NCBI GenBank assembly: GCA_964016885.1
Contig: OZ024743.1
Span: 270,382,001 to 270,446,000, forward strand
Length of the DNA: 64,000 bases
Source of the DNA: Eledone cirrhosa
Lineage: Eukaryota
Reading direction: 5' to 3'
A program made the translations under genes and the position numbers. Shown here in pieces: positions 29,280 to 47,163 of this stretch. The notes beneath the pieces were generated by a model. That model was not told where the DNA came from. It saw nothing but the letters and a program-made list of their open reading frames with translations, and searched no databases. Each line of letters starts with the position of its first letter. The stretch's first letter is position 1.

Positions 29280-31210
29280 TTTATAGACCACGTCCTTATC
29301 TAAACACTTATTTTGTAAAGGACTGTTTAATTTTATTGGGGTTTTTACTGGAACATTCCACCAGTACTCTTTCATATTATGTATATGTTTGTCTTCCACA
29401 TTGCTGTAGCTTTTAATGTATCGGGGCTATCTTTTCTACGGATTGCATTGTACAGTGTTTTGGCCACTACATCATGCCTCATAGGTAGATAGTACCGCGA
29501 TGACATCTTTGGACAGCTGCTTATAACATGGGTGACATCTTCGATATTAATTCTGCAGAGTCTGCACTTGTTATCACATCTAGGTGTTTTACCTGCATCC
29601 CTATCTCTTTTGTGAATCATGTATTTCGTGTTGATTTCCTGTTCTTGGATTGCAAAAGCGTATCCTTCAAAGTGGGAGCCAATATAGCGGTTGTTGGTCC
29701 AAGATAGACTACTTTCTTTATCTATATTACTCTCATTCTGGAGCTTCCTGGAAATATATCCATGCATGATTTTTTGCTGATAAGCATGCAGTTTTTCATC
29801 CATGGATTCACTGCGATACTGCTGAGCGAGTTCTCTGGGTGTGAGTTTTTGATTATCACACAGGGAATACCTCTCGAGGAGTTCCTTCCCAACTTTCATG
29901 ATCTTATCTGTTTCATGCAGCTAGACTTGCTCGAGAGACGGGCTCCTACGCTTCGAGGTTCGTAGATGTTGCCGGAGGGATATGATGCGACATTCAAATT
30001 CTGTCTGGACTGATGTTAGGCCACTGCCTCCCTGCTTACGTTTCAAGTAAAGGCGGTCTATGTCACTGTTGATGTGGAAGTTTCCGGTGTTGTTTAGTAT
30101 TTTTCGAGTTCTAACATCAATCGCTCGGATTTCGTCTATCGTCGAATTGAGTATTCCAAAGGTTGGTGTTAGGACAGGCACAACAAACATATCGTGAGCC
30201 ACTGTTTTGTTTTGCGCAGAGAGTTCTGATGACCATATCTTTCTTTATCGGGTGTAGTTTTCCCTGGTTACGCGTTCCTTATTACAAATACCATTATAGG
30301 ATATGTTCTCATCTATCCCGAGATATCTGTAGCAGTCCTCATCAGATATTGGTGAAACAGTTAGTCCATTGATACAAATGTTGCTAGATTGGGTTGTTGT
30401 TTTACCCGCTTTACAGTCATATATGAGCATTTATCTTGGCCAAACTCCATTCCTATATCCTTTGAGAATGTTGTAACCAGGTCAAGATTTTTCTTCATCC
30501 CATCCATGTTCTTGGCATAGAGTTTCAAATCATCCACAAAGAAATTACGGGTTGGGTTCGTATTTCTGTCTTCCCGTGAGCCTATGATGTATCCTTCACA
30601 TTTCTTGAGTAGAAAGGACAAGGGGTTTAATGACAGGGTGAATAATATCACAGAGAGACTGTCTCCCTGAAATATACCCTACGATATTTTATTTTATCAG
30701 TGAAAATAGAGTCATCCTTCTCTGTCTTTAGTAGCCCAAGAAGAAGACAGCTTCTCTATGGCTCTGATAATAATGTCTGGGACTTTAGCATGTCGGAGGG
30801 CCTCTATCATCCAAGAGTGGGGAACAGAATCGAAAGCTTTCCTGTAGTCCAGCCAGACTGTAGCCATATTCCTCCTAAGTTATCGCATCTCCGACATCGC
30901 AGTTTTGTTGATTAGCACATCCCCAAACCCCTTTCTTTCCAGCTGCTTGTTCATCTGTGATGATATTATTATTTTCACAGTGATCTTGGAGGAATAGGTT
31001 CAGGCAGGCTGTATACATCTTATACATCAGGTTATGGCATGCAATGGGTCGGTAGTTTTTTGCCAAGTGGGTGTCTTTGTTCTTGGGACCAGTAATGTTT
31101 GTGCTAATGTCAACCATTCTAGTATAAGTGTATCTCCCTTAAGAACTTATTGGTAGAGGTCGATAAGATACCTCCGATAGAATATCAGTTTTTTATACCA
31201 GTAGCCGACA
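29280..31210 (-). mobile_element. Decayed R4/Dong-like (RLE-type) non-LTR retrotransposon
   Basis: NYRPIAC, EQAAGKKG, GIFQGDSLS, FVDDLKLYA, FGQDKC, YRYLG, RLYLKRKQGGSGL, AIQEQ and the CCHC knuckle CRLC..HVISSC..RHDVV, spread over frameshifted ORFs. Confidence 0.88.
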
Positions 31211-31259
31211 ATCATGTCTCTTCTTATTTCGCATGTTTTTGTTGTAGTGTAGGAGCAAT

Positions 31260-35060
<3,801 letters not shown>

Positions 35061-35253
35061 TCCTAGGCATATCTTCTCATATACACACACTCAACATTTG
35101 TTATTCTAGGTTGTACATTAGAATCTACTAACGAGCGATCGAGGTGAGAGGACGCCATGTTTTAGAGGATCAGTGAATGCAACAGAAATGGCAGAGGAAG
35201 AGTAAAACACTCGTGGTAACGGTAATGTTGTATATGGCGGTGGTGGTGGTGGT

Positions 35254-35496
35254 CATGGCCGGATTTAATGGGTGGAGGAGGAAGGGGGCCCGACCAGTGA
35301 TGGCTGTAACAATATGGCTTTTTAGTTTTAGGTTGGTTAAAATTTTTGAATTTGATACCTGGGTGTATAACTTTTCAATTCCAATTACTTGCGCCAAGTT
35401 GAATTCAAATGTTATATTGGGGGTGGGGGGTTGCTGTGTATTCTATTTTTTGTGTGCATGAATTGCCCCCCCAGGTCTAAATTAAATCCAACCCTG
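35254..35496. mobile_element. Probable MITE (hAT-like termini)
   Basis: Imperfect TIRs catggccggatttaa / ttaaatccaaccctg, inserted in (GGT)n. Confidence 0.55.
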
Positions 35497-35718
35497 GTTG
35501 TAGTGTTGGTGGTGGTGGTGGTGAAGTTGAGATACAGATTATGGGTAAAATTAATACACACACTTACACACAATCTATTATATATATATATATAGACATA
35601 AATATAAATATAAATACATGTAAACGAAACATCATCGTCTTATTAATATATACACTCTTTTTGTGTATCGAGTTCTTATTATGTTACCACTACCAGTAAC
35701 TCATTGAATCACTTACAC

Positions 35719-35755
<37 letters not shown>

Positions 35756-35756
<1 letters not shown>

Positions 35757-36879
35757 TATATAAGAACAAAAGATGGTTAAAAGAGTTCCATGTATTTTAT
35801 TATGCGCATTTCAAAAACAAATATCATCATGCAATAATATTTGTGTTTTCATCAGATAAAACAGGAAGACATGATATGAAGGTTAAAAAAACACTTGTGG
35901 ATAGTGCAGTTTTAAATCAACATATGAAAAGTAGTTTTAGATTGATGTGTGATATTGGGAAAAATATTTTATTTTGAGGGGGGGGGGGAAGGATGAAAAA
36001 GCGGAGGAGATGAGAGTAAAAAGTGGAGAAGGAGGAGTATAATGAGGAAGGATGAGATAGGAGGAGAGATGGGTGATAGAGAGAGAGAGATAGCTTTTAT
36101 AACTGAGAAAAATATATTGTTTTACATAAACAGGTTGAAAACCGTTGGAAGATAATGTATAAATTAAAAGAATTTGAAAATTAACGAAGAGAAAAATAAT
36201 GAAAAGTTAAGGTTTGTATATTGAAGGGTTTAATAATATGTGCGATGAAAAGAAAATGTTAATATGTATTAAGAATAATATTTAAGGGTTTAATAATATG
36301 TGCGATGGAAAGAAAAAGTTAATATGTATTAAGAATAATATTTAAGGGTTTAATAATATGTGCGATGGAAAGAAAATGTTGATATGTATTATTAAAGTAA
36401 GGATATATTGTGAGATGAGCATGAATAAGTTAGATGAAAGGGAGAAAAAAATAATGAATTGAGGATGAATAATCTAACGTCAAAAAAATGTTTATGTTTA
36501 CGAAGGATTTTTACAAGGTGATATAGAGTAAGAATGTATTGTATTATGTAATAATTGTTTCTATGTTAGGCAACAGTGAGAAAAGGTACAGATTAGGGGT
36601 TAGACATTAAAAGAAAAAGAGAAGAAAGGGAAGTGATAAATATCCACAAGTGTTTTTTTAACCTTCATATCATGTCTTCCTGTTTTATCTGATGAAAACA
36701 CAAATATTATTGAATGATGATATTTGTTTTTGAAATGCGCATAATAAAATACATGGAACTCTTTTAACCATCTTTTGTTCTTATATATTATGTATACTCC
36801 AGTCCTACAAACTGTAGAGTGCTTCTTATCCGATATCTGCATTGCTTTATTGTACTACAATAAAACTCACCTCCTACAT
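35756..36879. mobile_element. 'atgcgcat' family 3' UTR + pLTR (-) with inverted pLTR (+); HHRs at 35795-35861 (-) and 36683-36749 (+)
   Basis: Near-identical to 12011-12452. It contains an internal ~60-bp tandem repeat x3 at 36223-36390. Confidence 0.88.
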
Positions 36880-36891
36880 ATATATATATAT

Positions 36892-37010
36892 AAAGATTTA
36901 TAAGAGCCCACTTGAATAAGTATCTGTTGATCTTATACAAGCTTCTACATAACTTGATATATTTTCACCCAACTTGTAGAAATCTTATAATGAAACGAGT
37001 CGTCTGGGAA
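36892..37010 (+). ncRNA. 5'-truncated HHR remnant
   Basis: (TA)n-AAGA t ttataaga..tcttataa t GAAA cgagtcg TC tggg; the 5' half of the core is replaced by (TA)n. Confidence 0.45.
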
Positions 37011-37959
37011 ATGATATATTTGATATATCTCATATGAAATAATACAGCCAATTATCCACACAATACAATATAGTTAGCACCCCAAACGTTTAATTGGGAA
37101 TATACTCAGGTATTTCCTAATGTTTGTTGAGTGAGTTGGAATTTGGCCGGAGTATCGCTATTAGCTTTCTCCGATTATGTATATATATATATATATATAT
37201 TGTTTCCTTCAGTTTTCGCATATCTGTATATAATTTATCTGAGAATGGATACGTTCGGTGTGTAGATTTATTTTATTGTTTTCTAATGAAGTCCCATGTT
37301 TTAGTTTGAAACAGAGTAGAAAATGTAAAGAAAAGGTTAGATAAAGTCATTTTAGGGTATGAGAGAATGTGATGTTTGTCGTTGCTACCCTCAGAGGCGA
37401 ACCAGCTTCTAGGTTTAGGAGGGATTAGATAAATTAAAATCAAAATTTAAGATAGCAGAAAAGACAGCAATTCCCATGAAATGCCGGATCAGCAAAACTG
37501 CATAGTCTGGAAAGTAATCCTATAGAGAAACTGTAAAACTAGATATGTAGTTTACAGTAAAATTGCCCAGAGGGATAATGTAGAAATATGATCACAACAT
37601 ATATTGGTGAGACGGCTTGCAGTAAAGGAAAAGATAATGAAGGAGCACTGGCAAGAACTCCAAGACGAGAAGAACTGACTAGTGCTCGACCAATATGCTA
37701 AACTAGAACATGGGTATTCACTGGAAAGCGTTAAAATAAAAATGATATGTACACACCGAACACATGCAATGATCAATAGCATAATAAGAACCTGGAAAAG
37801 TTTAAAACGAATTTAATTAAGTGCATTAAAAAATAGTAATTAATACTTACATTTTCAAACGTAATATTATGTTGCGTCAGAAAAGTTTGTAAATGAAATA
37901 TTAGACGATACAAATGAAACAAACAATTTCGATCTTCAAATGTCCCTTCTAAACTGGGG

Positions 37960-38980
37960 TATATTCTGAGCGTTTGAAATTACCATCCTTGAAATACAGA
38001 AAACTCAAATATCCTTTGATATCTGTAACATCCTTGGATATTCACACTTAAAACAGTAAGCTGAAGATCAGGAATTGTTTGTTTTATTTGTTTGTATCGT
38101 ATAAGATTTACATAATTTTCCGACGTTACACAGTATTTCTTCTAAACTTTCATAATAACCACTGCGACCATTTATATATCTCTGACCTTCTATACATTTC
38201 ACCCGAATATTCTTTCCTTATTTATCCACTCTTAACTTCTCTTTTCTCTCTCTTCTCTCTCGTGCTATCGAAGCGGGAGCAGGTGTTTGTTTTTCAGGCC
38301 TTAAGGCCACACTTCATTTTCTTTGGACATTATGTTCCTTCATGTCTCATCCTTCATGTCACATTCTTTAACGACTGGCTCTTGTAATTTATTTAAGTTT
38401 CCATAGTTAACTTTTCAGCTTCGTCATCTGAAGGCGCGTGGCTGAGTGGTTAGAGAATTGGATTCGCAATCGTGAGGTTGTGAGTTCGATTCCCGGGCTG
38501 GGCGATGCGTTATGTTCTTGGACAAGACACTTTATTTCACGTTGGTCCTTCTACTGGAGTTGCGACCGATAGAGAGTATTAGCAATTAGAAAGACCAATG
38601 GAAACATTGTTTCCTCGGTCCGATTTGGCGAAAGTCGATCGACTGTCTCTCTCTCATCTGAGGTAACGTTCTATTTTCTTGTCTCTCTCCTGATAATTCT
38701 CATGTAATCGAACAATTACGTTCCGTCCTGATATTCGCCCCTGGGCATTCACGAACATATTTTGCCTCGTTACTCGCCCTTTGTTATAATTGATTCTAAA
38801 CGGCTACTGTGATAATTTTCCCAGTGGTTGCCGTGTATTCTGAGCGTTTGCAGTTACCAATCTTAAAATACCTACAACTTGAATTTCCTTTTATATCCGT
38901 GATATTTTTTGATATTCTTCACACACAGAACGGATGGCTGAAGATTGGAACTTGTTTGTTTGTTCCATTTGTATCGTCTA
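37960..38980 (+). repeat. Dispersed ~140-bp direct repeat (37960-38100 / 38835-38980)
   Basis: tattctgagcgtttg..ttacca..gctgaagat..ggaa..ttgtttgttt..tttgtatcgt occurs in both. Confidence 0.7.
38430..38645 (+). mobile_element. tRNA-derived SINE with CORE-like domain
   Basis: A box tggctgagtgg, B box gagttcgattcc, then cttggacaagacactt. A second copy lies at 60250-60465. Confidence 0.85.
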
Positions 38981-39386
38981 CTATTTGATTCATATATATA
39001 TATATATATGAAACGTACGTAGGCGCACTATTATGTAAACATGTTTTAACGGTTTTAAACTCTTTGTATTCATTTCCTTTATAATCGCTCTGCTTATTTT
39101 TTCTCGCCCACTAAATATTGACGCCTCTAATATTTAACCCTGTAGGCACGAGTATTGAGCACACATGCATAAACTATTGGCAACTAAATATATGTATCGA
39201 CCATTTTCCATTTTCTTCTCTCTCTCGACACCTAATCATTCTCTCTATATACACACACACTAACAACTAAATGTGTCCGCTCTGAATCACGGACTGGCGC
39301 TTCAGAAGTGCAATTCCCGTGAATTCATTGAGCGAGTGGGAAAGTTCAACGTACTAGCACAAACTCAGTTTGTCTAGTTCGATACA

Positions 39387-39445
<59 letters not shown>

Positions 39446-39545
39446 GGGGGAGGGGGGCAGGTGTGTGTGTTTTTGTATGCGTCCATGTGTGCGTGTGTAC
39501 ATGTGTATGCATGTATATTTATGCATATATAGTACATACATATAA

Positions 39546-39859
39546 TCTATATATATAAAACTGAGGATGTCTGTCTGTGTGTGTGTGAGTTTGAATCCCT
39601 AAAACTCGAGAAGCACCTAACCGACTGTTTACAAACTTTACACATGTAATACTTATGTTTCAGGGAGTGTTCGGAGCAAAAGAAATTTCAAATTTTCAAT
39701 GCCCTAGGGACCACATTAGGCGATTTAGCGATCTCTCTCTATAATTCGTAGTCTTTCTCTTTTTAGATATTTACATACATATAACGTCGCGCCCTTATAA
39801 TATATGTCTGTATGTCTGGCTGTCTGCATTATGTTACTTCCCTGAGGATGTCTGTGAGT

Positions 39860-39917
<58 letters not shown>

Positions 39918-41260
39918 GTTTGAATCCCCAAAACTCGAGAAGTACCCAACCGATTTTTTTCAAACTTTACATGTGTATTATTTATGTTTCAGGGAGTGTT
40001 ATGCACATAAACAATTCAACTTCTTGATGTCCTAGGGCCCGCATTAGGTGGAAAACTTCTTTCAGCTTTTTAGGGCTTTTTTTAGGCGTTACGTCTAGCC
40101 GATTTTCCAGAAATTTCAAGGCATATTATGCACATAAGAAAAAATTATTTTCTTGATCCCCTAGGGCCCGCTGTTTTCAAACTTTACACATGTAATACTT
40201 ATGTTTCAGGGAGTGTTCTGAACAAAGAAAATTTCAAATTTTCTATGCCCTACGGATCGCATTAGGCGATTTAGCGATCTCTCTCTATAATTCTTAGTCT
40301 TTCTCTTTTTAGATAGATACATACATATAACGTCGCGCCCTTATAATATGTCTGTATGTCTGGCTGTCTGCATTACGCCACTTCCCACAATTCCGTCAGC
40401 GTTCAGAACGCGCCCTTATAATATCTGTCTGTATGTCTGGCTGTCTGTTGCCTCCGGTTATTCCGCCACCCTTGCTCAAGACAAATCTCACACTCATTCC
40501 CCAAACAGTTGGTAACTGCACACAACTTCTTCCTCACGTTTTAAGCCACAGTGTTGCTTACTTACGTACCACCAGATCCTTACTGCTTTGCCAGCCGTGG
40601 TTGTGGCAATACTAAGCTTAGCTAAGACGGTTATATATTTCACACAACACTAAACATGAAAGCCGGTAACTATGTATTAGTCAGGCTCTTCGTCATACTG
40701 TGAGCAAAGAAAATACAACTTTTAGTGGAGCGAATGAAATAAAGTCGATCCTGCTGCGATTCAAAAATCAGGTTTGCAGGTTATATATTTCACACAACAC
40801 TAAAAATTAAAGCCGGTAAAGAAAAACATCGCTACAATAGCTTCAGTTTTCACAGTGTTGCTTACTTACGTGCCTTTACGAGAACAAAAGTTACTCAGGG
40901 AGTGTTATGCACATAAAAAAAATTCAACTTTTTGATCCACTACGGTCCGCATTAGGTGAAAAACTGCGTTTTTTCAGCTTTTTAGGGGTATTTTGAGGCG
41001 TTACGTCAGACCGATTTCCTTGAAATTGTAACTATGTATTAGTCAGTCTCTTCTTCATACCGTGAGCAAAGAAAATCCAACTTTTTTATGGCCTAGGGCC
41101 CTCGCATTAGGTCAAAAACTGCTTTCAGCTTTTTAGGGCTTTTTCTAGCCGATTTTCCCGAAATTTCAAGGCATATTATGCACATAAAAAAATTCATTTT
41201 CTTGATGACCTAGGGCTCGCATTAGGTGAAAACCTGCATTTTTCCTGTTTCATCGAGGAA
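39546..41260 (+). mobile_element. Non-autonomous Helitron-like element with internal tandem subrepeats
   Basis: 5' TCTATATATATAAAA..gtctgtctgtgtg..ccga..caaacttt start, with repeated ctagggcccgcattagg / cagggagtgtt blocks. The 3' CTAG end was not located. Confidence 0.55.
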
Positions 41261-41384
41261 AATCTTAAAGATTATCCAGCCATCAGAGTATTCGGTTTAT
41301 TTTCTTTACATATTGCCCAGGCATGCAGTTTTTCCACGATTAGGTCTGCTGGCGGCCCGCGTTCCAAAATACCTTATCAGTTTA

Positions 41385-42075
41385 CAGTGCGCGCAGGGTG
41401 ACGAAACCGTCCTGCACGCACACGTCCAGTGTCCGAGCATTGCTGACTTGTGGGTTTAAGTCGAACACCTGCTGTCGCGTGTAGGACGGATCTGGCTGTC
41501 AGCTGAGTCCATCGTAAAGATCGCACCGCCGCCCTCCTTTAGCCGGGAAAGGCATGCAGTTTTTATCTGCCTAGTGGCCATGGTAAAAGTGGTCGTATGG
41601 TGGACGCGTCTGAAAGGGTTGAAGACGGGTACTTTCTTCTTCGGTGACGCCTGCATTAACTTTTACAGGTTTCACCCGAAAAGGAATATCAGGGTGGAGA
41701 GGGTAGTGCTGCCTTCCAGTCAGTTTGTTGAAAGGTGAGTGAGAGAGGCAAGAATGTCCCGTGTGAATGGGCCTACCCTGAGCGTGTGTCTGTAGCATTG
41801 TAGGAGGAAAACTGAAAGAGGACGCTTGCCCTAGCGGTCAGGATAACCGTGGCTTTTTTGTGGGCTTTCTCCACGAGTGACCCTCGGAAGTCCCCCCCCC
41901 CCCCTATTGGGGAATTTGTTTTTGTTTTTTTTGTTACATCCTTTGCTTTTGTTTTGTTTTTACACGCAGAAATGCCTAGTTGTACCGTCCTGTATTGTCC
42001 TATGCTGCCCTTAATGTTATACTTTGTGTCAACCCTTGTGGCCAATAAAGAAAGCATTATTATCAGTTTATAGTT
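41385..42075 (+). mobile_element. 3' fragment of a Tx1/L1-clade LINE
   Basis: Homologous to 46470-47163 (CAQGDETVLHAHVQC; 3' UTR ending cccttgtggccaataaagaaa..attattatcagtttatagt). Confidence 0.88.
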
Positions 42076-42089
42076 ATCATTATTATCGG

Positions 42090-45000
42090 TCTGTTCGGAC
42101 GCTTTTTGCTCGCTCCCAGTAAGTCGCTTTATTTGCCTGTTAAAATTATTTGTTGTTAAATATTTCTTGTTGTTAGACTTTGCCCTGTGAAGGGAAAGTA
42201 TAATATTTGGGCCTTTTGGCCCAAATATTTGAACATTTTACTTTTAAAAATGATTTGGAAAAAAAGAAACATGGCTGAGCCACGCCCCCAGCAATATGTC
42301 CACTGTCGTGTGACAACGGCGTAAAAGTTGAGAGGAGGGTTAATGAAATTCTTACAACAGACACCACCACAAACAGCGGGAACAAAGACAACACTGAGAA
42401 CACTAATTTTGAAAAAATTACCACACCAACTACAATAATAACAGCGTCAACCAAAATACAGACAACAGAAAAAAATGACAACAAATGCAACAACGATATT
42501 AACACCACTAACAAGAAAATAAACAACGACAACACCAACAATACAAATTGCACCGAAAACAACAACAACGGTGGCACCAAAAACACAACCAACTACAACA
42601 GGCATAACAGCAACAACACCAACAACACCGTTTGTAGCAGTAGCAGTAGCCTCAGGGCCTTCTGCCCGCAGAAGACAGCCAAGAAGAGGGCCCCCCTCCT
42701 TCCGACGCCTGATCCGCTACTACCAACAGCAGGGCAGGCAACAGAGGCAGAGGACCCTTCCATGGTGAGTAGGAGGGCAACGTCTGTGGCACCCATACAA
42801 AGGCCACGGACAACTAAAGCAGCGGCAGCAGTGGCGGCAACACCAACAGTCACAGTAGCCACACCGGCGGCAAAATCGCCGGAGCGGGCTCCACTACCAC
42901 CATCAACAGCAGTGGAGCTCATACCCCTCCCAGACGCCACGGAATCTGACATAGAGTATGAGGCGGGAGGGAAGTAGCAAACGGTCTGCTACAAAAAAAA
43001 CAAAAGAGGAAAAACCCCTTAGCTTCACCCTCCAATAGTGAAGGCAGACAAAGAGGGGTAAAGTGCAAGGAGACTTGCAGCAACACCACCACCATCACCA
43101 TCACCGCCACAAGCATCACCACCAACAACAACCACACCACACACAGCATCACCAAAAACACCAACATCGCAAACACAACAAAACACACACACCCAACAGC
43201 AACAAGAAAACAGCAACAAATCACCCCACCCCATAAAAAAGTACACAGCCATAAACATGGCAAATAAAGAACTCATACAACATATATCACAGATATCACA
43301 GAAAAAAACTACTACACCCCACCAACACCAAGAACTCTCCCGACAAACATAAGCATCATTGAAATCAAAATAGAACAGTACAAACTTTTAAAACAAAAAT
43401 TCCCCAACGAGGTTGTAGACTTCAGAGGGTCGGTTACCAAGAGGATATACACTGACATCCTCTTGGAAACACCCATGACCAGCCAAAGAGACGGTTCTAC
43501 TGTCCCTTCACCACACGATCAAGGTAAGTGACCCTTTCTCACTTGCCCCGTTTCTCATCCAACATGGCCATAAGCAGGGTCAACTGCTCAACGACCTCAG
43601 GTCACTAAACATAGATGTGGTGGCCATCAGCGAGACCAGAATCTCCGAAGCACAAGCCTTCGCACTGATCTTCGGCGGCTACGATGTATACGCATCTCCC
43701 AGCCGTCCAGGATCGGGGTGAGGGGTGGCAGTGCTTTTTCGGAGAGGCTTGGATCTCGCCATGCGAGCCATCTTTCTGGACCCAGAAGGTAAGTCGGTGG
43801 TGGTGGACGTGACCGGCAGCGAAGGCAATGCTTTAAGGCTAGTAGCCGTCTACGCCCCAAATGGGGCAGGACGGCCAGATTTCTTCAGACGTCTCGAGAC
43901 CTTTCTTTGAACTTCCCGCTCTTTAGTGTTAGTGGGCAACTGGAACGGTATCTTAGATACACGCTGGGATTATGTGGGGCTAGTAGACAGGACAGGAGGG
44001 TGTAAAAGCCTCAACAACCTGCTCAGACGTTTTGAACTGTCTGACAGGTATAGACTGGATTATCCGAATCTGCCAATGTGGACATGGGCAAACCGCATCG
44101 GGTCATCCAGATCGTATTTAGATAGGGTATTCTGTAGGGAAACAGATAAGGCTAGTGTAGGTTGTCCACAATTGAAAGTAGTCGACTACACGGACCACAA
44201 ATTTGTGATCTGTGAAGTTGACTTAGATAGACTCCATAGGCAAGGGCCCGGCTACTGGAAGCTGAAGGCGTCGTTCCCGGCGCGCAAAGCTTACAGAGAC
44301 TGGATTAGCGAATTAGTTAAGTGTGCGTTGACGGGTGCGATCGTCAACAACAGGTGGTGGTTTACCCTGAAAAGGGCTATTAGAGTAGAATCGATAAGGT
44401 TTAGCAAAGGAGTAGTGATAGAGGAAAATAGAGTAGAGGGAGAGTTAGTTAGAAAGCTAGAAGAGGCGTTTAGGACAGGCATCGCAACCGACGTGCTTGC
44501 GGCGAGATTGGCACTCGACCAATTCTTCAACGCAAAGCATGAAGGCTGCGTTGTTAGAGCTAGAGCGCATGCTCTAAGACCCGATGGGACGAAAGCCGTT
44601 CAATGGGCCCGGGTGGTGGAGGCGCGACGCGGCAACAAAGCCACAATTCGGTCTTTACCTTATTAAAACGGGCACATGTTGCTCGAACCCGAGCAGATGT
44701 GTGCGGCATTTCAACAGCACTTTGCTCAATTGTTCGGGAGTTGCAGCGGGCCGGATAGGATTGTGGACTTCGGTGCATACCTCGACGGACTGCCGCGGCT
44801 CTCGACGACCGCAGTGCAGTGCTGCGAAAAGCCGATAACAGCTGGTGAAATACGGGGCGCGATGTCTGACTGCACGAGGGGTAAATCGCCAGGTTTGGAT
44901 GGTCTGCCCTACGAGTTTTAAGCGTATATGCCAGACTTGTTCGGTGACCTCTTGGCAGATGTCTACTGCAACTGGCAGCATTCTCAGTTCTGTGAGCCGG

Positions 45001-47163
45001 GAGGCGGTGGTGCTGCTGAGAAAAGACCCGAACAAGAGGAATGTTATATACAACTCTGCTAAACGCAGAGTTTAAGATTTTGACCAAGGCGTTAGCAAAG
45101 AGATTGGCGCTTGTCATCGGTGATCTGGTGGGAGAGGCGCAGACGCGCGCCATTCCGGACAGATCCATCCACGACAACCTCCATCTCATGCGATACATCA
45201 TAGAGAGGGTGGTTAAGGAACCTAGCACGGGTGGGGCCATGATCAACTTGGATCAATCTAAAGCATTTGATAGGGTCGACCATCGGTACCTGGCTGCGGT
45301 CCTCTATGCGGCCGGCTTCGACCCCATTTTTAGGGGCTGGATCGGTGCGATGCACAGCGACATCTGCTCGATTGTGAGGGTGAATGGTCACCTGTCGCAG
45401 CATTTACGGCAAAATGCGCTCGGGCCGACAGGGTTGCCCCCTCTCATACCTCTTGTACGTACTGGCCCTCGAGCCGTTACTGCACAAATTGGAGACGATG
45501 AGGGGGGTTCCACGCGAACTGGGATGCGGGAGATCCGTGTCAGCTTACGCGACGACATCACCGTGGTGGTGTCGAGCACCAAACACCTCCAGTGCTCGGC
45601 ACCGATCTCAAGGAATACGAAGCGGTGACAGGAGCAAAGATGAACCAGGAAAAGTCGGTGGGCTTGCAGCTCGGCACCTGGAGAGGCAAGTCCATGCCGT
45701 CGAGGGGCGCTGGACGGAAGGACCGGTTAAATTGTTCGGGGTCTGGTTTGGTCCGGACCTCCAGATGGAGAAAAACTCGAGCGAGGTGACTTTCAGAGTG
45801 ACCTCTCTCACCCAAAAATGAGCCTAGAGGAGGATGTCTCTAAAAGGTCTGGCGGAGATTGCGAATGCGTACATAGCGTCCGTCATCTGCTACCGCCTGA
45901 CCGTCGTACCCTGCCCCCGCCCAACTCTGACCAAAATGGAGCGCCTTCTCTTCCGCTTTTTGTGGAAGGGACGTGCTCCCATGGTCAGACGATTCATTTT
46001 CTGTCAACACCCGTTGCATGGAGGACTAGGCATGCCATGGCTGATGATACGCAAACATGCGCTGAGAATGCGACATCTCTGGTGCTTCCTTGGCGGTGAA
46101 CAGGTGTGGTCGCCGTTTGCCAGACGCGCTTTTACCCAGTTCGTCTCCTTGACGGAGCTGCAGTCCTAAATCAGACCGAGGGATAGCGCTTGGAAGCTGG
46201 AATGTCTCCAAGCGCTCACCGCCCTCAACCAGCTGGGCACTAGTATCGTTCTGTAGAGGGCTAGTGGAGGGAAAGAGCGACGACGTTCTCGGGGAGACCC
46301 TGGGCGTCGAAGACGATCAGCTGTTCGCTCTTTTTAAGAGAACTTTCAGACCGAGGCCTATGGACAACTTCCAGAAACCCCTGGCCTGGCAGTGCTACCG
46401 GGGAGCGTTGCCGGTTCGGGATAAGCTCTACAGGCACGGAGGTGCTGTCAGCCGAGCCTGTGCGAGATGCGCGCAGAGCGACGAAACCGTCCTGCACGCA
46501 CTCGTTCAGTGCCCGAGCATTGTTGACTTGTGGAGCTATGTCGAACAGCTGCTGTCGCGTGTAGGACGTATCCGGTTATCGACTGAGTCCATTGTGCAGA
46601 TAGCCCCGCCCTCTTCCTTTAAAAAGGAGGAAGGGCAGGCAGTTTTCATCTGCCTGGTGGCCATGGCGAAAGGGATTGTGTGGTGGACAAGATTGAAAGG
46701 GTTGAAGACGGACACTTTCCTCAACGGCCAATCCCTGATTAACTTTTTCAGGTTTCACTTGAAGAGGAAAATGGGGGTGGAGAGGCAAGTGCTGTCTTCT
46801 AGTAAGTTTGTTGAAAGGTGGGTGAAAGTGGCGAGTCTGGTCCGAGTGAACGGGCTCGTCTCTGAGTATACGCCTGTAGACTGAGGAGTGGGAAAAGTGA
46901 GAGAGGGCACTTGCCCTGGTGGTCAGGGTGGCCGTGGTCTTTTGTGTGGTTTTCACCACGAGTGATCCTCGGAGGTTTCCCCCTTCTTGGGGAATTTTTG
47001 TTGTTTGAATTTTTTTTTATTTCTAGTTCGATTTTGTTATAACCTGTTTACACGACCAAAAACCCACTTTGTATCGTCCTGTACTGTTCTTTGCCGTCTC
47101 TAATGTTTTTCTTCGTGTCAGCCCTTGTGGCCAATAAAGAAACCATTATTATCAGTTTATAGT
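42090..47163 (+). mobile_element. Decayed near full-length Tx1/L1-clade LINE (low-complexity ORF1 remnant, APE-RT-CCHC ORF2 ~43540-46884)
   Basis: APE: DVVAISET, GVAVLF, VYAPN, LVGNWN, YLDRVF, TDHK, GPGYWKL. RT: KSPGLDGLPYEF, LDQSKAFDRVDH, RQGCPLS, YADD-like. Knuckle: CARC..HALVQC. Confidence 0.92.

Noticed and set aside
36223-36390. CRISPR-like array (also the 33-bp subrepeats at 58560-58660)
   Set aside because: Contiguous tandem repeats without unique spacers, no cas genes, and a eukaryotic context.
37400-37830. Possible Merlin/ISXO2-like transposase remnant (..GYSLESV..THA..SIIRTWKSLKR)
   Set aside because: The similarity is too weak and fragmented to support without a profile search.
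38430-38510. tRNA gene (also 60250 and 63063)
   Set aside because: The A and B boxes continue into SINE body sequence, and there is no proper acceptor stem.
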